IMG/VR virus record: IMGVR_UViG_3300049170_000117
Coordinates: 1 to 28,396 of that record
Direction: 5' to 3' (one strand)
Length of the DNA: 28,396 nt
DNA from: a virus
Taxonomy: Duplodnaviria > Caudoviricetes
The notes under the pieces were generated by a model that was not told where the DNA came from, ran no database searches, and saw only the letters and a program-made list of their open reading frames with translations. Of this stretch, positions 1 through 8,240 are shown one piece after another. Position 1 is the first letter of the stretch; each line of letters begins with the position of its first letter. The translations under genes were made by a program, and so were the position numbers.

Positions 1-831
1 CTAAGCAGAAACAACCCAGATGATCGTGTTGACGGCGGCGCAGGCTGCGGCGAGGGAGTCGACGTCGTTGCCGTACCAGGTGTAGTCGTGCGGGTTGAGC
101 TGGAGTTCGCGCAGGCGCTGGGCGACGGAGCGGAGCATGCCGCCGGAGCCGATGGCGGGTTCCCGGATGGACTTGTTCGGCTGGGCGAAGTCCTTGTCCA
201 CGAGCATTCGGGCCATCAGGTCCGAGACGCAGGCCGGCGTGTGGTACTCGCCGCGCCACTTCTTGTCGCTCTTGTGCCGCAGGCCGGTCAGCAGCGGGCT
301 GAGGACGTCGGACTCGGACCGCATGTACGGGTCGTCGTGGCCGGTGAGGTCGAGCAGGCCGGTGTTGATGGCGCGGTGGGTGACGGCGTGGACGGCGCGG
401 AGCTGCTGGGGGTCGGGGTCGGGGTTCCAGGCCCAGTCGTGCAGGCGTATCGCGCGGTTGATCAGGTCGGGCCGCTTGATCCAGTAGCCGAGGTAGATCT
501 CCTTGAACAGCTGCGGGAGTTCGTGCGGCTGGAGGTTGAGTATCCAGTCGGCCAGGCCGGGGGGATTGCGCAGCAACGCGAGTGCGGCCACGGTGCCGAG
601 GGGTATGTCGATGCTGCTGCCGCCGAAGCTCTGGTGCCAGGCTTCGATGACGTTCTCGGCGATCTTGCGGGCGTGCTCGTGCGGGTCGCGCGGTGCGAGG
701 TACTTCCGCGCGGTGACCTTGGTGCGTGCGGCGGCCTTCGACTTGGGCGGCTTCTTCTTCGCCCAGGCCGGGACCGGCCGCGCGGTGACGGGGGCGGTTC
801 GTGGCAGGAACGGGGCGTCGTCGTCGGACAC
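1..831 (-). CDS. N-6 DNA methylase (HsdM-like), probably C-terminally truncated
   Basis: GTG at 831 after RBS AGAAAGGAAG. Motifs GEYHTP (GQFFTP-like), EPAIGSGG (SAM-binding motif I) and GNDVD. No NPP(F/Y) before the stop. Confidence 0.75.
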   Translation of the reverse strand: MSDDDAPFLPRTAPVTARPVPAWAKKKPPKSKAAARTKVTARKYLAPRDPHEHARKIAENVIEAWHQSFGGSSIDIPLGTVAALALLRNPPGLADWILNLQPHELPQLFKEIYLGYWIKRPDLINRAIRLHDWAWNPDPDPQQLRAVHAVTHRAINTGLLDLTGHDDPYMRSESDVLSPLLTGLRHKSDKKWRGEYHTPACVSDLMARMLVDKDFAQPNKSIREPAIGSGGMLRSVAQRLRELQLNPHDYTWYGNDVDSLAAACAAVNTIIWVVSA

Positions 832-914
832 GGGGCTTCCTTTCTGCGCGCATGGGGCCGCCCCGGTGCGCGGTACGCGGCCGGGGCGGCTGGTGGTGCG
901 GTGGGCGGGTGGGG

Positions 915-1217
915 TCAGTCGGTCTCGGGGGCGGCTTGGAGCTGGGCGATGAGGCCGCGTATCTCGACGGCGTGGGCGGCGTCGGGGTGTCCGGCGTGAC
1001 GCAGGCCGGTTGCCAGGAACATCAGGGCCAGCTCGTCGACGTCCATGTCCGCGGTCAGCTCCTCGAAGCTGAGGTGCCGCAGTGCGGTGGGGCGGTGGGC
1101 GTAGCCGATGCGGAGCGTGTGTTCGATGTCCTTGAGGGTGTCGGTGGTCTGCTCCTGGGTGAGGCCGAGGAGAGAGGACCAGGCGCTGAGCGTGGTGTCG
1201 TCTACCGGGAACTTCAC
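915..1217 (-). CDS. Hypothetical protein (100 aa)
   Basis: GTG start after GAGAAAGG; high-GC3 frame; fills the gap between hairpins. Confidence 0.75.
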   Translation of the reverse strand: MKFPVDDTTLSAWSSLLGLTQEQTTDTLKDIEHTLRIGYAHRPTALRHLSFEELTADMDVDELALMFLATGLRHAGHPDAAHAVEIRGLIAQLQAAPETD

Positions 1218-1244
1218 GGGTGCTGGTGGCCTTTCTCGGGTGGG

Positions 1245-1277
1245 CCGCCCCGGCCCGCTGGTGGCGGGCCGGGGCGG
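1245..1277 (-). terminator. GC-rich intergenic hairpin (14-bp stem)
   Basis: CCGCCCCGGCCCGC-tggtg-GCGGGCCGGGGCGG just after the stop at 1284. Confidence 0.5.
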
Positions 1278-1283
1278 GTGCGG

Positions 1284-1913
1284 TCAGGAGGGGAAGGGGT
1301 TGTTCCGGTAGGCGGGGTGGCAGGCGGCCCACAGGCCGCCGGGGAGGGGTGCGGTGATGACGCCCCATCCGGCCCAGCGCATGACGGCGAGGTAGCCCAG
1401 TCGGCCGCCGGCGAAGCCGACCCGGTCGTCGGCTTCGGGGTCGGGAGCGATGAGAACCCAGCCCGGCAGCTCGTCCTCACAGCTGGGCATCACCTGGAAG
1501 CCGGGCCGCAGTTCGTGGACGCCGTCGGTGTGGATGGGGGGCAGGTCAGCGGCCTGGAGGATGCGGATGGCCTGCTGGACGTGAGGGTGATCGTGGTGAT
1601 CCGGCAGCGTGCCGAAACCCTTGCGGATGACCGGGCGGTGGGCCGTGGTGCCGGTGCTGGCCTTGTAGACGTCCATGAGGAGCTGGGCGTCCTCGATACG
1701 ACCGGCGAAGCGCATCGCGTAGTTGGCGACGACCGCGACGACGTAGCGGTCGCCGCCGATGAGGCGCTTGAACTGCTCGTCGCTCAGGTGGCTGAAGCGG
1801 CTGGCCCGCATCGCTGCATGGGTTCGGGAGGCGAAGCGGAGAGCGCGGGCGACGTGAGAGGGGTCCACGCCGATCTGCGCGGAGAGGACCTGAATTCCAG
1901 GCGTGTAGTTCAT
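1284..1913 (-). CDS. Hypothetical protein (209 aa)
   Basis: ATG (MNYTPG) preceded by TCTTGGAG RBS; normal protein composition from this start. Confidence 0.75.
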   Translation of the reverse strand: MNYTPGIQVLSAQIGVDPSHVARALRFASRTHAAMRASRFSHLSDEQFKRLIGGDRYVVAVVANYAMRFAGRIEDAQLLMDVYKASTGTTAHRPVIRKGFGTLPDHHDHPHVQQAIRILQAADLPPIHTDGVHELRPGFQVMPSCEDELPGWVLIAPDPEADDRVGFAGGRLGYLAVMRWAGWGVITAPLPGGLWAACHPAYRNNPFPS

Positions 1914-2004
1914 GCTGTTTTCTCCAAGAGACACGCTTGCGCTTATGGGTGCGCCCCCGGCGGTGGGCCGGGGGCGCGGGGCGGGTCCTGGTGCTTGCTG
2001 GTGG

Positions 2005-2091
2005 TCAGCTGCGGCGTCCGCCGCATCCGGCATGGCCGCAGCCGCCGCAGAATCCGCCGGGCTTATTGCACTCACACGGGCAGCCGTTCAT
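2005..2091 (-). CDS. 28-aa Cys-rich peptide MNGCPCECNKPGGFCGGCGHAGCGGRRS
   Basis: Strong RBS GGAGGAGGAA-ATG; first ORF after the promoter at 2120-2162; below the ORF-track cutoff. Confidence 0.65.
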   Translation of the reverse strand: MNGCPCECNKPGGFCGGCGHAGCGGRRS

Positions 2092-2119
2092 TTCCTCCTC
2101 CGTTTCCGTCCGGCATTTC

Positions 2120-2162
2120 CGAACTTGTACTTATATCTTAATCGGAACCACCGCGAATTCAA
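2120..2162 (-). promoter_or_regulatory. Promoter/operator repeat A, copy 1
   Basis: TTGAAT-N16-TAAGAT. 25-mer CGATTAAGATATAAGTACAAGTTCG is 24/25 identical to the copy at 8241-8265. Confidence 0.65.
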
Positions 2163-2470
2163 GGTTTACCTCTTTTGAATTCCGATTAATTCGGGAATTC
2201 AATTCGCAATTCACAGGCCGAGGACGCCGCACCTCACATCCCGGCGTCGTTCGCACATGGATGCGCCCCGGCCGCATGGCCGGGGGCGCAGGGGTCTTCG
2301 TCGCGCGCTACGTGGCGCTACTCGCAGAACTCACCAGGGGTAGGCCAAGGGCCGCCCTCCGCCCGCTGCCGCCACCTCGGAGTCTTAATGGCATGCCTCC
2401 GCAGCTTGAATAGAACACGGGCCATTTTTGGGGCTTCTTCATTCGGGAAATGCGCATCGAATTCGCCAGG

Positions 2471-3097
2471 CTAATTCGCGGCAGCCGGGATGAGGTCGGG
2501 CCACCGCACCGCCTCCAGGGCACGGCGGTGGGTGTCTGGCACCGGCACTGTCGGGTAGCCGAGCCAGTCGAGACCCATCGCCGCCAGCACCGTGGCGTCG
2601 GCCTGGTCGTAGCGGCCCGGCCCCTCGCACTCGACGCGGTACCGCTCGACGGCCACGCTGCGCACCAGCCCTTTGGCCACGCGGGACCGCTGGTTGCGCG
2701 GGTAGTCCTGGGCCGGGTTCGCGCGGCCGGTGGCGTAGATCGTGCGGTGGTGCGGGTTGGCGACGGCGTAGGGGATGCGGTGGCGCCACAGGTCCTGGGT
2801 CACCAGCCACCACAGGCCGGCCAGTTCGTGGTGCCCGGCTTGCCCTCCCTGGGCGTAGGCCGCGCCCTCGACCACGACCAGGTCGGCGTCCTGCACGCCG
2901 ACGCGGATGTGCCCGGACAGCCAGTCCATCCGCTCATGGCTGCGGCGCCTGCCCGGCCGCAGTGCCTTCGCCCAGTCCGTTCCCGCGACGCCCGTGGAGG
3001 TCAAGGAGAGGTCCAGGCCGATGACACGCGGCTGCCACTCCCCCTGCTCCTGGACACTGGGCAGCGTGACCGGGGCACTCTGGAGCAGCGCCGTCAT
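2471..3097 (-). CDS. RuvC-like Holliday junction resolvase (phage type)
   Basis: VIGLDLSLTSTG, VVVEG and DQAD supply the RuvC acidic tetrad. Confidence 0.85.
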   Translation of the reverse strand: MTALLQSAPVTLPSVQEQGEWQPRVIGLDLSLTSTGVAGTDWAKALRPGRRRSHERMDWLSGHIRVGVQDADLVVVEGAAYAQGGQAGHHELAGLWWLVTQDLWRHRIPYAVANPHHRTIYATGRANPAQDYPRNQRSRVAKGLVRSVAVERYRVECEGPGRYDQADATVLAAMGLDWLGYPTVPVPDTHRRALEAVRWPDLIPAAAN

Positions 3098-3147
3098 GCG
3101 GGCTCCCCGGCGCGCTCGATGATCTCGGCCATCGACTGACGGCTCAC
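3094..3147 (-). CDS. 17-aa translationally coupled minigene or gene remnant
   Basis: GTGA overlap with the upstream stop, ATGA overlap with the RuvC-like start, GGAGG RBS. Confidence 0.4.
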   Translation of the reverse strand: MSRQSMAEIIERAGEPA

Positions 3148-3737
3148 TGCTGCACCTCCGCCGTGGCGGCCAGGTGCTTGGTGATGAGCCGGTCGGCCTC
3201 GGTCATCGCGGGCACCTTGAGCTGTGCGACCCACTCGCCGAAGTAGCTCTCCGCAGGCCCCCACAGGTACCAGCCGCTGTCGGGATAGCCGTCCTTCGCG
3301 TTCTTCTTGCGGTAGGCCAGCTCCCACCAGCCTTCGCGCCAACGCCACATCCGCCGCGCCTGCGAGTCGGGTACCCAGCCGGCGCGCTCGGCCAGAACCT
3401 GAAGGCGCGCCATGTCCGTGCGCAGCATCGCGTTGACACGGGTGTGCTCCTCGTTGAGCGCCATCAGGCGACGCACATCGTCGCCCAGCAGCTGCTGAAC
3501 GCCGTCGGCCAGTCGCGCCAGATACTCGGCGTTGCCGATGGCTTCGCGCGCACGCTGACGGGCGGAGTGCCACGCCAGGGGGTAGCGGTGGTTCCGGGTG
3601 CGTTCGGCGGCCAGCTGCTCTCGCGCCTGGTCGCGCTGGCGGGCTACCCGACGCAGGACGGTGGCAGCGCCAGGGGCCGCGTGTTCCTTCAGCCATGTGG
3701 CGGTGGCTTCTATCTCGGTTCCGACAGGGTGGTTCAT
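3144..3737 (-). CDS. Hypothetical protein (coiled-coil N-terminus, Trp-rich C-terminus)
   Basis: ATG after AAGGAA; 197 aa. Confidence 0.75.
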   Translation of the reverse strand: MNHPVGTEIEATATWLKEHAAPGAATVLRRVARQRDQAREQLAAERTRNHRYPLAWHSARQRAREAIGNAEYLARLADGVQQLLGDDVRRLMALNEEHTRVNAMLRTDMARLQVLAERAGWVPDSQARRMWRWREGWWELAYRKKNAKDGYPDSGWYLWGPAESYFGEWVAQLKVPAMTEADRLITKHLAATAEVQQ

Positions 3738-3802
3738 CTGTGTTCCTTGGGGACAGGGGCCGCCCCGACGCGTGGCCGGGGCGGCTCGCCGTGGGTGCGG
3801 GG

Positions 3803-4135
3803 TTACGGGCGGGGGGTCTTGGGGGCCTTCTGGACGGAGTTACCGGAGGCCGGGAGGGGCTTGCGGCCCGCGACGTAGTCCTTGAACTGGGTTCCGGCCC
3901 GGAAGCGCAGGGCGCGGGTGGCGGGCACCGTCACGCGGTCGCCGGTCTGCGGATTGCGGGCGATCCGGGGGTCGCGGTCGAGGGCCTGCAGGCTGCCGAA
4001 GCCGGTGATGGAGACGGTCTCTCCGGCGACGACGGCGCGGACGATGGCGTCAAGGACGGCGTCCACTGCGGTTGCGGCCTTCCTCCTGCCGCCGGTCTTG
4101 TCGGCGATGGCTTCGACGAGCTGGGCCTTGTTCAC
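3803..4135 (-). CDS. hup: HU family DNA-binding protein
   Basis: MNKAQLVEAIA...ITGFGS...ARNPQTG...RFRAG HU signature; GTG after GAAAGGAA. Confidence 0.92.
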   Translation of the reverse strand: MNKAQLVEAIADKTGGRRKAATAVDAVLDAIVRAVVAGETVSITGFGSLQALDRDPRIARNPQTGDRVTVPATRALRFRAGTQFKDYVAGRKPLPASGNSVQKAPKTPRP

Positions 4136-4304
4136 GGGGGATTCCTTTCGATTCGTCTGCTGGACCGGTGGCTTGGGCCGATGCGGGGTGTCGTGAGGTC
4201 GGGAAGCGCGCCATGCGGCCGGGAGGGGGCTGAGCCCTGTGCCCGGGTCCTCTTTGCAATGCGGGGCACCGGCAGGCGGCGACGCCCACAACATTTCACT
4301 TTGT

Positions 4305-4326
4305 TTCAACAAGGTCTCCTATCTTG
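4305..4326 (-). promoter_or_regulatory. Repeat B, copy 1 (putative operator)
   Basis: CAAGATAGGAGACCTTGTTGAA, 20/22 identical to 12197-12218; intergenic. Confidence 0.5.
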
Positions 4327-4334
4327 CGTCTTGG

Positions 4335-4742
4335 TTAGGCGTCTCGGGCTCGTTTCTCCTCGCGTCGGCGGGCCTGGGCGAGCCGCGCGCCTTCCCGGCA
4401 CAGGGAGCAGGCCGCCTCCCCGCGCCGGTTGTGGGCGCGGGCCCCGGCCTCGGTGCCGTGGGTGATGTGCGAGCCGCTTTCCTCGAGTTCGTCGGGGTGC
4501 GCGGTGGTGCACGTGGCGCGGATCTGGCCGTTGAACCAGAGGCGTCCGCCGCAGATGCCGTCGAACATGCTGTGGCGCGGCAGGACGAGTTCGATGCACT
4601 GTGCACGGAACGGGCAGACCTGGCAGACCTTCAGGAGGTCGCGCATCAGCGGCTTCCTGAGCGAGTGCGCGGTCGCGTCGTTGGGGGTGAAGCGCAGGTC
4701 CCCGGCGCACGGTGCTTCGCTGACCCACCAGGTGCCGCTCAT
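4335..4742 (-). CDS. WhiB-family Fe-S regulator with extra C-terminal His/Cys motif
   Basis: C...CxxCxxxxxC, GICGG turn, then HGT...H...RGE..CxxC. Confidence 0.8.
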   Translation of the reverse strand: MSGTWWVSEAPCAGDLRFTPNDATAHSLRKPLMRDLLKVCQVCPFRAQCIELVLPRHSMFDGICGGRLWFNGQIRATCTTAHPDELEESGSHITHGTEAGARAHNRRGEAACSLCREGARLAQARRREEKRARDA

Positions 4743-4755
4743 CAGATGCTCTCGG

Positions 4756-5484
4756 CTATGCGGTCGGCGGCAGCGGCATCCGGCGCACGTGGTCGCTGAG
4801 GCTGCTGCCGTAGGGGTGGGCGTAGTTGCTGCCGACGGGCATCAGGTGGCGATCGGCGAGGTCGGGCAGCGCGAACATCTGGGCGACCAGGGCCGTCAGA
4901 AGGTCGTCGCACCTCTCGTTCCAGCGGCGCCGGGTGGTGCGATTGTCCGAGCCGTCCTCAGCAACGCCTTCGATCACCTCGATGATCCGGCCGCCCGCGT
5001 TACGGGCGTCCACCACAACGGCGGTCGCCTCGGGATGGTGCTCGCGCACGAGCTCGGCGATGCGCGCGGCGCGGTCGGGCGGAGGAAGCTCCAGCAGCCA
5101 GTCGTTGCCTTCGCTGGCCGAGTTCCGCCTGATGCGCGCCCATGCTGGGGAGTTGTAGGGGGCCAGGGCCTCTTGCAGGTCGAGGGCGATCTTCTCGCCG
5201 TGCTCGGCCAGGGGGTGTTCCTGGTCGCTCTCTTCCCACAGCCAGGGGCAGGTCCCCAGCGGGCTGGACTGCTCGCCGAGCACTCCGTACAGGACGAGGG
5301 TGCGCGTGTTGCCGTAGTAGGCGAAGTTGGCGTATACCGCCTCCGGGCACAGGGACCGGATCAGTGCGGCCGTCTCGTCGAGGACGGCCAGGGCGTATGC
5401 CTTCTCCGCCCGTGTGCGCTGGGTGTCGGCCTCCTCGCGCTGCTGCTTGAGGATGGTCAGGAGGTCCGCTGTTGCGGGGTTCAT
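4756..5484 (-). CDS. Hypothetical protein (242 aa)
   Basis: ATG after AAGAAAGGAA; high-GC3 frame. Confidence 0.78.
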   Translation of the reverse strand: MNPATADLLTILKQQREEADTQRTRAEKAYALAVLDETAALIRSLCPEAVYANFAYYGNTRTLVLYGVLGEQSSPLGTCPWLWEESDQEHPLAEHGEKIALDLQEALAPYNSPAWARIRRNSASEGNDWLLELPPPDRAARIAELVREHHPEATAVVVDARNAGGRIIEVIEGVAEDGSDNRTTRRRWNERCDDLLTALVAQMFALPDLADRHLMPVGSNYAHPYGSSLSDHVRRMPLPPTA

Positions 5485-5520
5485 GGTTGCTGATTCCTTT
5501 CTTCTCGATGAATGGGTTGG

Positions 5521-7038
5521 TCAGGCCAGGACGGGCTTGAGGCGTTCGCCGAGCCAGCGGGCGACGTTGACGCTCACGGCGTTGCCGGCCTGCATGGTCT
5601 GGGCGGCCTTGGAGCCGACGACGTCGTAGGTGTCGGGGAACCGTTGGCCGCGCAGCTGTTCGCGGGGCTGGAGCATGCGGAAGTAGCAGTCCTCGATGGC
5701 GGGCGCGGTGCGCACCACTGCCGCCGAGCCGCGGGTGGCGAGGGTGTGCAGGGGCTGGGCCGCGGTCTTCGGCGCGCTCTTGCGGTACGGGATGACCAGG
5801 GTGTTGCGGGCCCGGTCGCGGGCTACGCCGTCGGGCACCACCAGGCCGTGGTGGCGGGCCGTGCTGATGGTGCTGAGCGGGTTGTCCACGGGAGCTGCGT
5901 CGCAGTTGTTGCGGAACTCCACGATGAACGGGGCCGGGGGTTCGACGGTGACCAGGGCTTCGCTCTCGCGGGTCGTGCGGGTGCGCATCGGGGCGCCGAC
6001 GTGTGTCGGGGTGTCGTTCCACGAGCCGCCGACCGGGACGAGGAGGGCTTCGCCGAGTTTCGCCGTGCGGGTGGGCAGCGGGCGCTCGTGGGGCGAGAAC
6101 GCCCGGTCGGTGCCGTCCTTGCCGTGGGTGAGGGTGATGACGCTGGGCTGATGCGGGAACTTGTTCAGCCCGGCCACGATCCGGTTCATGGTGTTCGGCA
6201 CCAGCGGCCGGCTGCGGTCGCCGATGCGCTGGCCGATGTCGTCCCACATGATCACGTCGGCCGCCGGGCGGACGTACGGCTCGACCAGCGCGTGCCCGCA
6301 GCGGGTGTGGGGGCACCGGTAGTCGTACTGCTGGCCGTACTTCCCCACCCGGACCTTGTCGTTGCGCCAGCTCTGCCGGGCGCGCACGTCCTGGCCACAT
6401 TCGACGCAGTAGGCCAGCGGGCGCGGGCGCAGGTCCGGGCGGCGCACGCTGGTCAGCGTGAAAACCACATAAATTCTGTCGCGCCACTGGGGCGCATACG
6501 GGTTGGTCTCGGAGCCGATGTGCGCGGAGGACGCCGAGACGATCTGGACGCGGTAGCCCAACTTCTTCGCGGCGCGGATCCACTCGGGGAACAGGATCCA
6601 GTCGGTGATGAACTCGGTGACGTTCTCCACGACTACGCACGGGTACCGCTTGGCCTCCATGGCGCGCAGCACGCACCAAGCGGTCGCGCGGGTCTGCTCG
6701 AAGGCTTCCTGCGGCAGCTCGCGCCACTGCTCTTCTTCCTCGAACAGGGCTTCCTGGGCCGGGTTGGGCTGCCGTTTGCGGCCGCCGGCGGGGCTGATCT
6801 CGGTGCAGATGACGGAGGCCCACAGGATCAGGGCTTTCGGCAGCCAGCGCATGGGGTAGTTGCGGATGTCGGCGCAGCGCGCCTTGGCGGTGGGGTGGTT
6901 GATCTCGAAGGTGTCGATGGCGGTTTGCCAGTGGTTGATGCCGAGGATCGGCTCAAACCCGGCCTCCAGCAGACCTTGGGCGTCTCCGCCTGCTCCGCAG
7001 AGCAGGGATATGGCGCGGGGCAACGGGTGGGTCTCCAT
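5521..7038 (-). CDS. DNA (cytosine-5)-methyltransferase, orphan
   Basis: Motif I LCGAGG, IV SVICTE, VI ENV, VIII PQWRDR, IX RE..RGQRFP, X GNAV. Confidence 0.9.
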   Translation of the reverse strand: METHPLPRAISLLCGAGGDAQGLLEAGFEPILGINHWQTAIDTFEINHPTAKARCADIRNYPMRWLPKALILWASVICTEISPAGGRKRQPNPAQEALFEEEEQWRELPQEAFEQTRATAWCVLRAMEAKRYPCVVVENVTEFITDWILFPEWIRAAKKLGYRVQIVSASSAHIGSETNPYAPQWRDRIYVVFTLTSVRRPDLRPRPLAYCVECGQDVRARQSWRNDKVRVGKYGQQYDYRCPHTRCGHALVEPYVRPAADVIMWDDIGQRIGDRSRPLVPNTMNRIVAGLNKFPHQPSVITLTHGKDGTDRAFSPHERPLPTRTAKLGEALLVPVGGSWNDTPTHVGAPMRTRTTRESEALVTVEPPAPFIVEFRNNCDAAPVDNPLSTISTARHHGLVVPDGVARDRARNTLVIPYRKSAPKTAAQPLHTLATRGSAAVVRTAPAIEDCYFRMLQPREQLRGQRFPDTYDVVGSKAAQTMQAGNAVSVNVARWLGERLKPVLA

Positions 7039-7088
7039 CAGGCAGGGGCTGCCCGGCCCGGTTCGGGCCGGGTCGGGCAGCCAAGGGG

Positions 7089-7196
7089 TCAGGACTGGTC
7101 GGGGGCGCGTAACGCGCGGTGGTGGCGGCTGTCCTCGATCCCGAGGGCGACGAACGCCGCGAGATCCAGGAGTCCCGCGAGCAGCAGCCAGATCAC
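7089..7196 (-). CDS. 35-aa putative single-pass membrane peptide
   Basis: MIWLLLAGLLDLAAFVALGIEDSRHHRALRAPDQS fills the intergenic gap; RBS is weak. Confidence 0.45.
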   Translation of the reverse strand: MIWLLLAGLLDLAAFVALGIEDSRHHRALRAPDQS

Positions 7197-7238
7197 GGGC
7201 CTGCGTCCCCGTCGGGGAGCGGGCAGCGGCGCGGACGG

Positions 7239-7844
7239 CTACTCATGCCAGGGCGTGACGCGCACGGTGGTGATGTGGCCGACGCGCTCGAAGAGCGCGA
7301 GCGGGTATCCGTCCTGTTCCGGGCGCTCCCACACCTTGCGGTAGCCCTCTGCGGCGGCCATCCGCTGCGACCACTCGAAGAAGCGTGCGATGGCCGTGGC
7401 CGGTGCCTCGATGCCGCCGGTCTGGTTGTGGTTCGCGCCGTACGGGGCGGTGTGGGTGGCCGACACGATCAGCTGCTGGGCGGTCTTGGGGACGTTCAGC
7501 TCGTCGATGCGCGCGAACATCGGGGTGAGGCTGGTGCCGTGGTGGCTCTGCGGGCCGTCGGTGGTGGAGTCGTACAGGGCGGTGTGCACGCCAGGGTCGT
7601 CGATGTTCTGGCGCAGCACCGTCCAGCCGTCCACCTCGCTGGGATCGGTGGGCAGCTCGTGTGTTGCGGCGATGACCAGCTCGGTGCCGTCGCCGAGGTC
7701 GGCGCGGATACGGCCGTCCAGGTCGACGTCGGTGGTCCAGCCGTTGTGGCGCAGGGGGGTGATGACGTGGCGGTAGCCGTGGAACAGCTTCAGCCACAGC
7801 GGGTCGGTGAGGTTGTTGTGGTCGGGCAGTGCCGCGATGGTCAT
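7239..7844 (-). CDS. Hypothetical protein (201 aa)
   Basis: ATG (MTIAAL) after TCTTGGAG RBS. Confidence 0.78.
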   Translation of the reverse strand: MTIAALPDHNNLTDPLWLKLFHGYRHVITPLRHNGWTTDVDLDGRIRADLGDGTELVIAATHELPTDPSEVDGWTVLRQNIDDPGVHTALYDSTTDGPQSHHGTSLTPMFARIDELNVPKTAQQLIVSATHTAPYGANHNQTGGIEAPATAIARFFEWSQRMAAAEGYRKVWERPEQDGYPLALFERVGHITTVRVTPWHE

Positions 7845-7895
7845 GTCTCTCTCCAAGAGCGGTGGGGCAGGCGGGCGCCCATCGGGCACCCGCCA

Positions 7896-7919
7896 TTGAA
7901 AAATGTCACCTATATCTAG
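7896..7919 (-). promoter_or_regulatory. Hybrid A/B repeat copy
   Basis: CTAGATATAGGTGACATTTTTCAA shares AGATATAGG with A-type and TAGGTGAC with B-type motifs. Confidence 0.4.
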
Positions 7920-7927
7920 GTGTGCGT

Positions 7928-8206
7928 TCAGCCTGCGGTCGGCAATTCGTGCGAGGCGAGGACCTGCACCACCCACATTTGCCCGCCTCGGGTGACGGAG
8001 CAGCCGACGGGGCGGCCCTTGTGCCAGAGGACGAACGCCGAGCCGCGCTCACGCTCGCCGATCGAAACGGTCAGCTCGCGCACCCCGTCGGCGGCGCACT
8101 CGATGGAGCAGAACAGCCCCTCGGCGAGGACGGGTGTGGCGTGCGGGCCGTGGATGACTTCGCCGATGACGACGTAGGCGGCGGGGTCGAGGGTCGCGAT
8201 GGCCAT
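7928..8206 (-). CDS. Hypothetical protein (92 aa)
   Basis: ATG after TCTTGGAG; first gene after promoter copy 2. Confidence 0.7.
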   Translation of the reverse strand: MAIATLDPAAYVVIGEVIHGPHATPVLAEGLFCSIECAADGVRELTVSIGERERGSAFVLWHKGRPVGCSVTRGGQMWVVQVLASHELPTAG

Positions 8207-8240
8207 GAGGGCTCCAAGAGGTTCGGGTTCGAAGGGGTTT

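Noticed and set aside
2308-2442. Small ORF MKKPQKWPVF... after the resolvase
   Set aside because: Atypical codon usage and no convincing RBS.
4136-4312. 59-aa N-terminal extension of HU from TTG 4312
   Set aside because: The HU fold begins at GTG 4135, which has a good RBS; the extension looks like non-coding leader.
1-7038. Restriction-modification system
   Set aside because: No HsdR, HsdS or restriction endonuclease; the nearby nuclease is RuvC-like.
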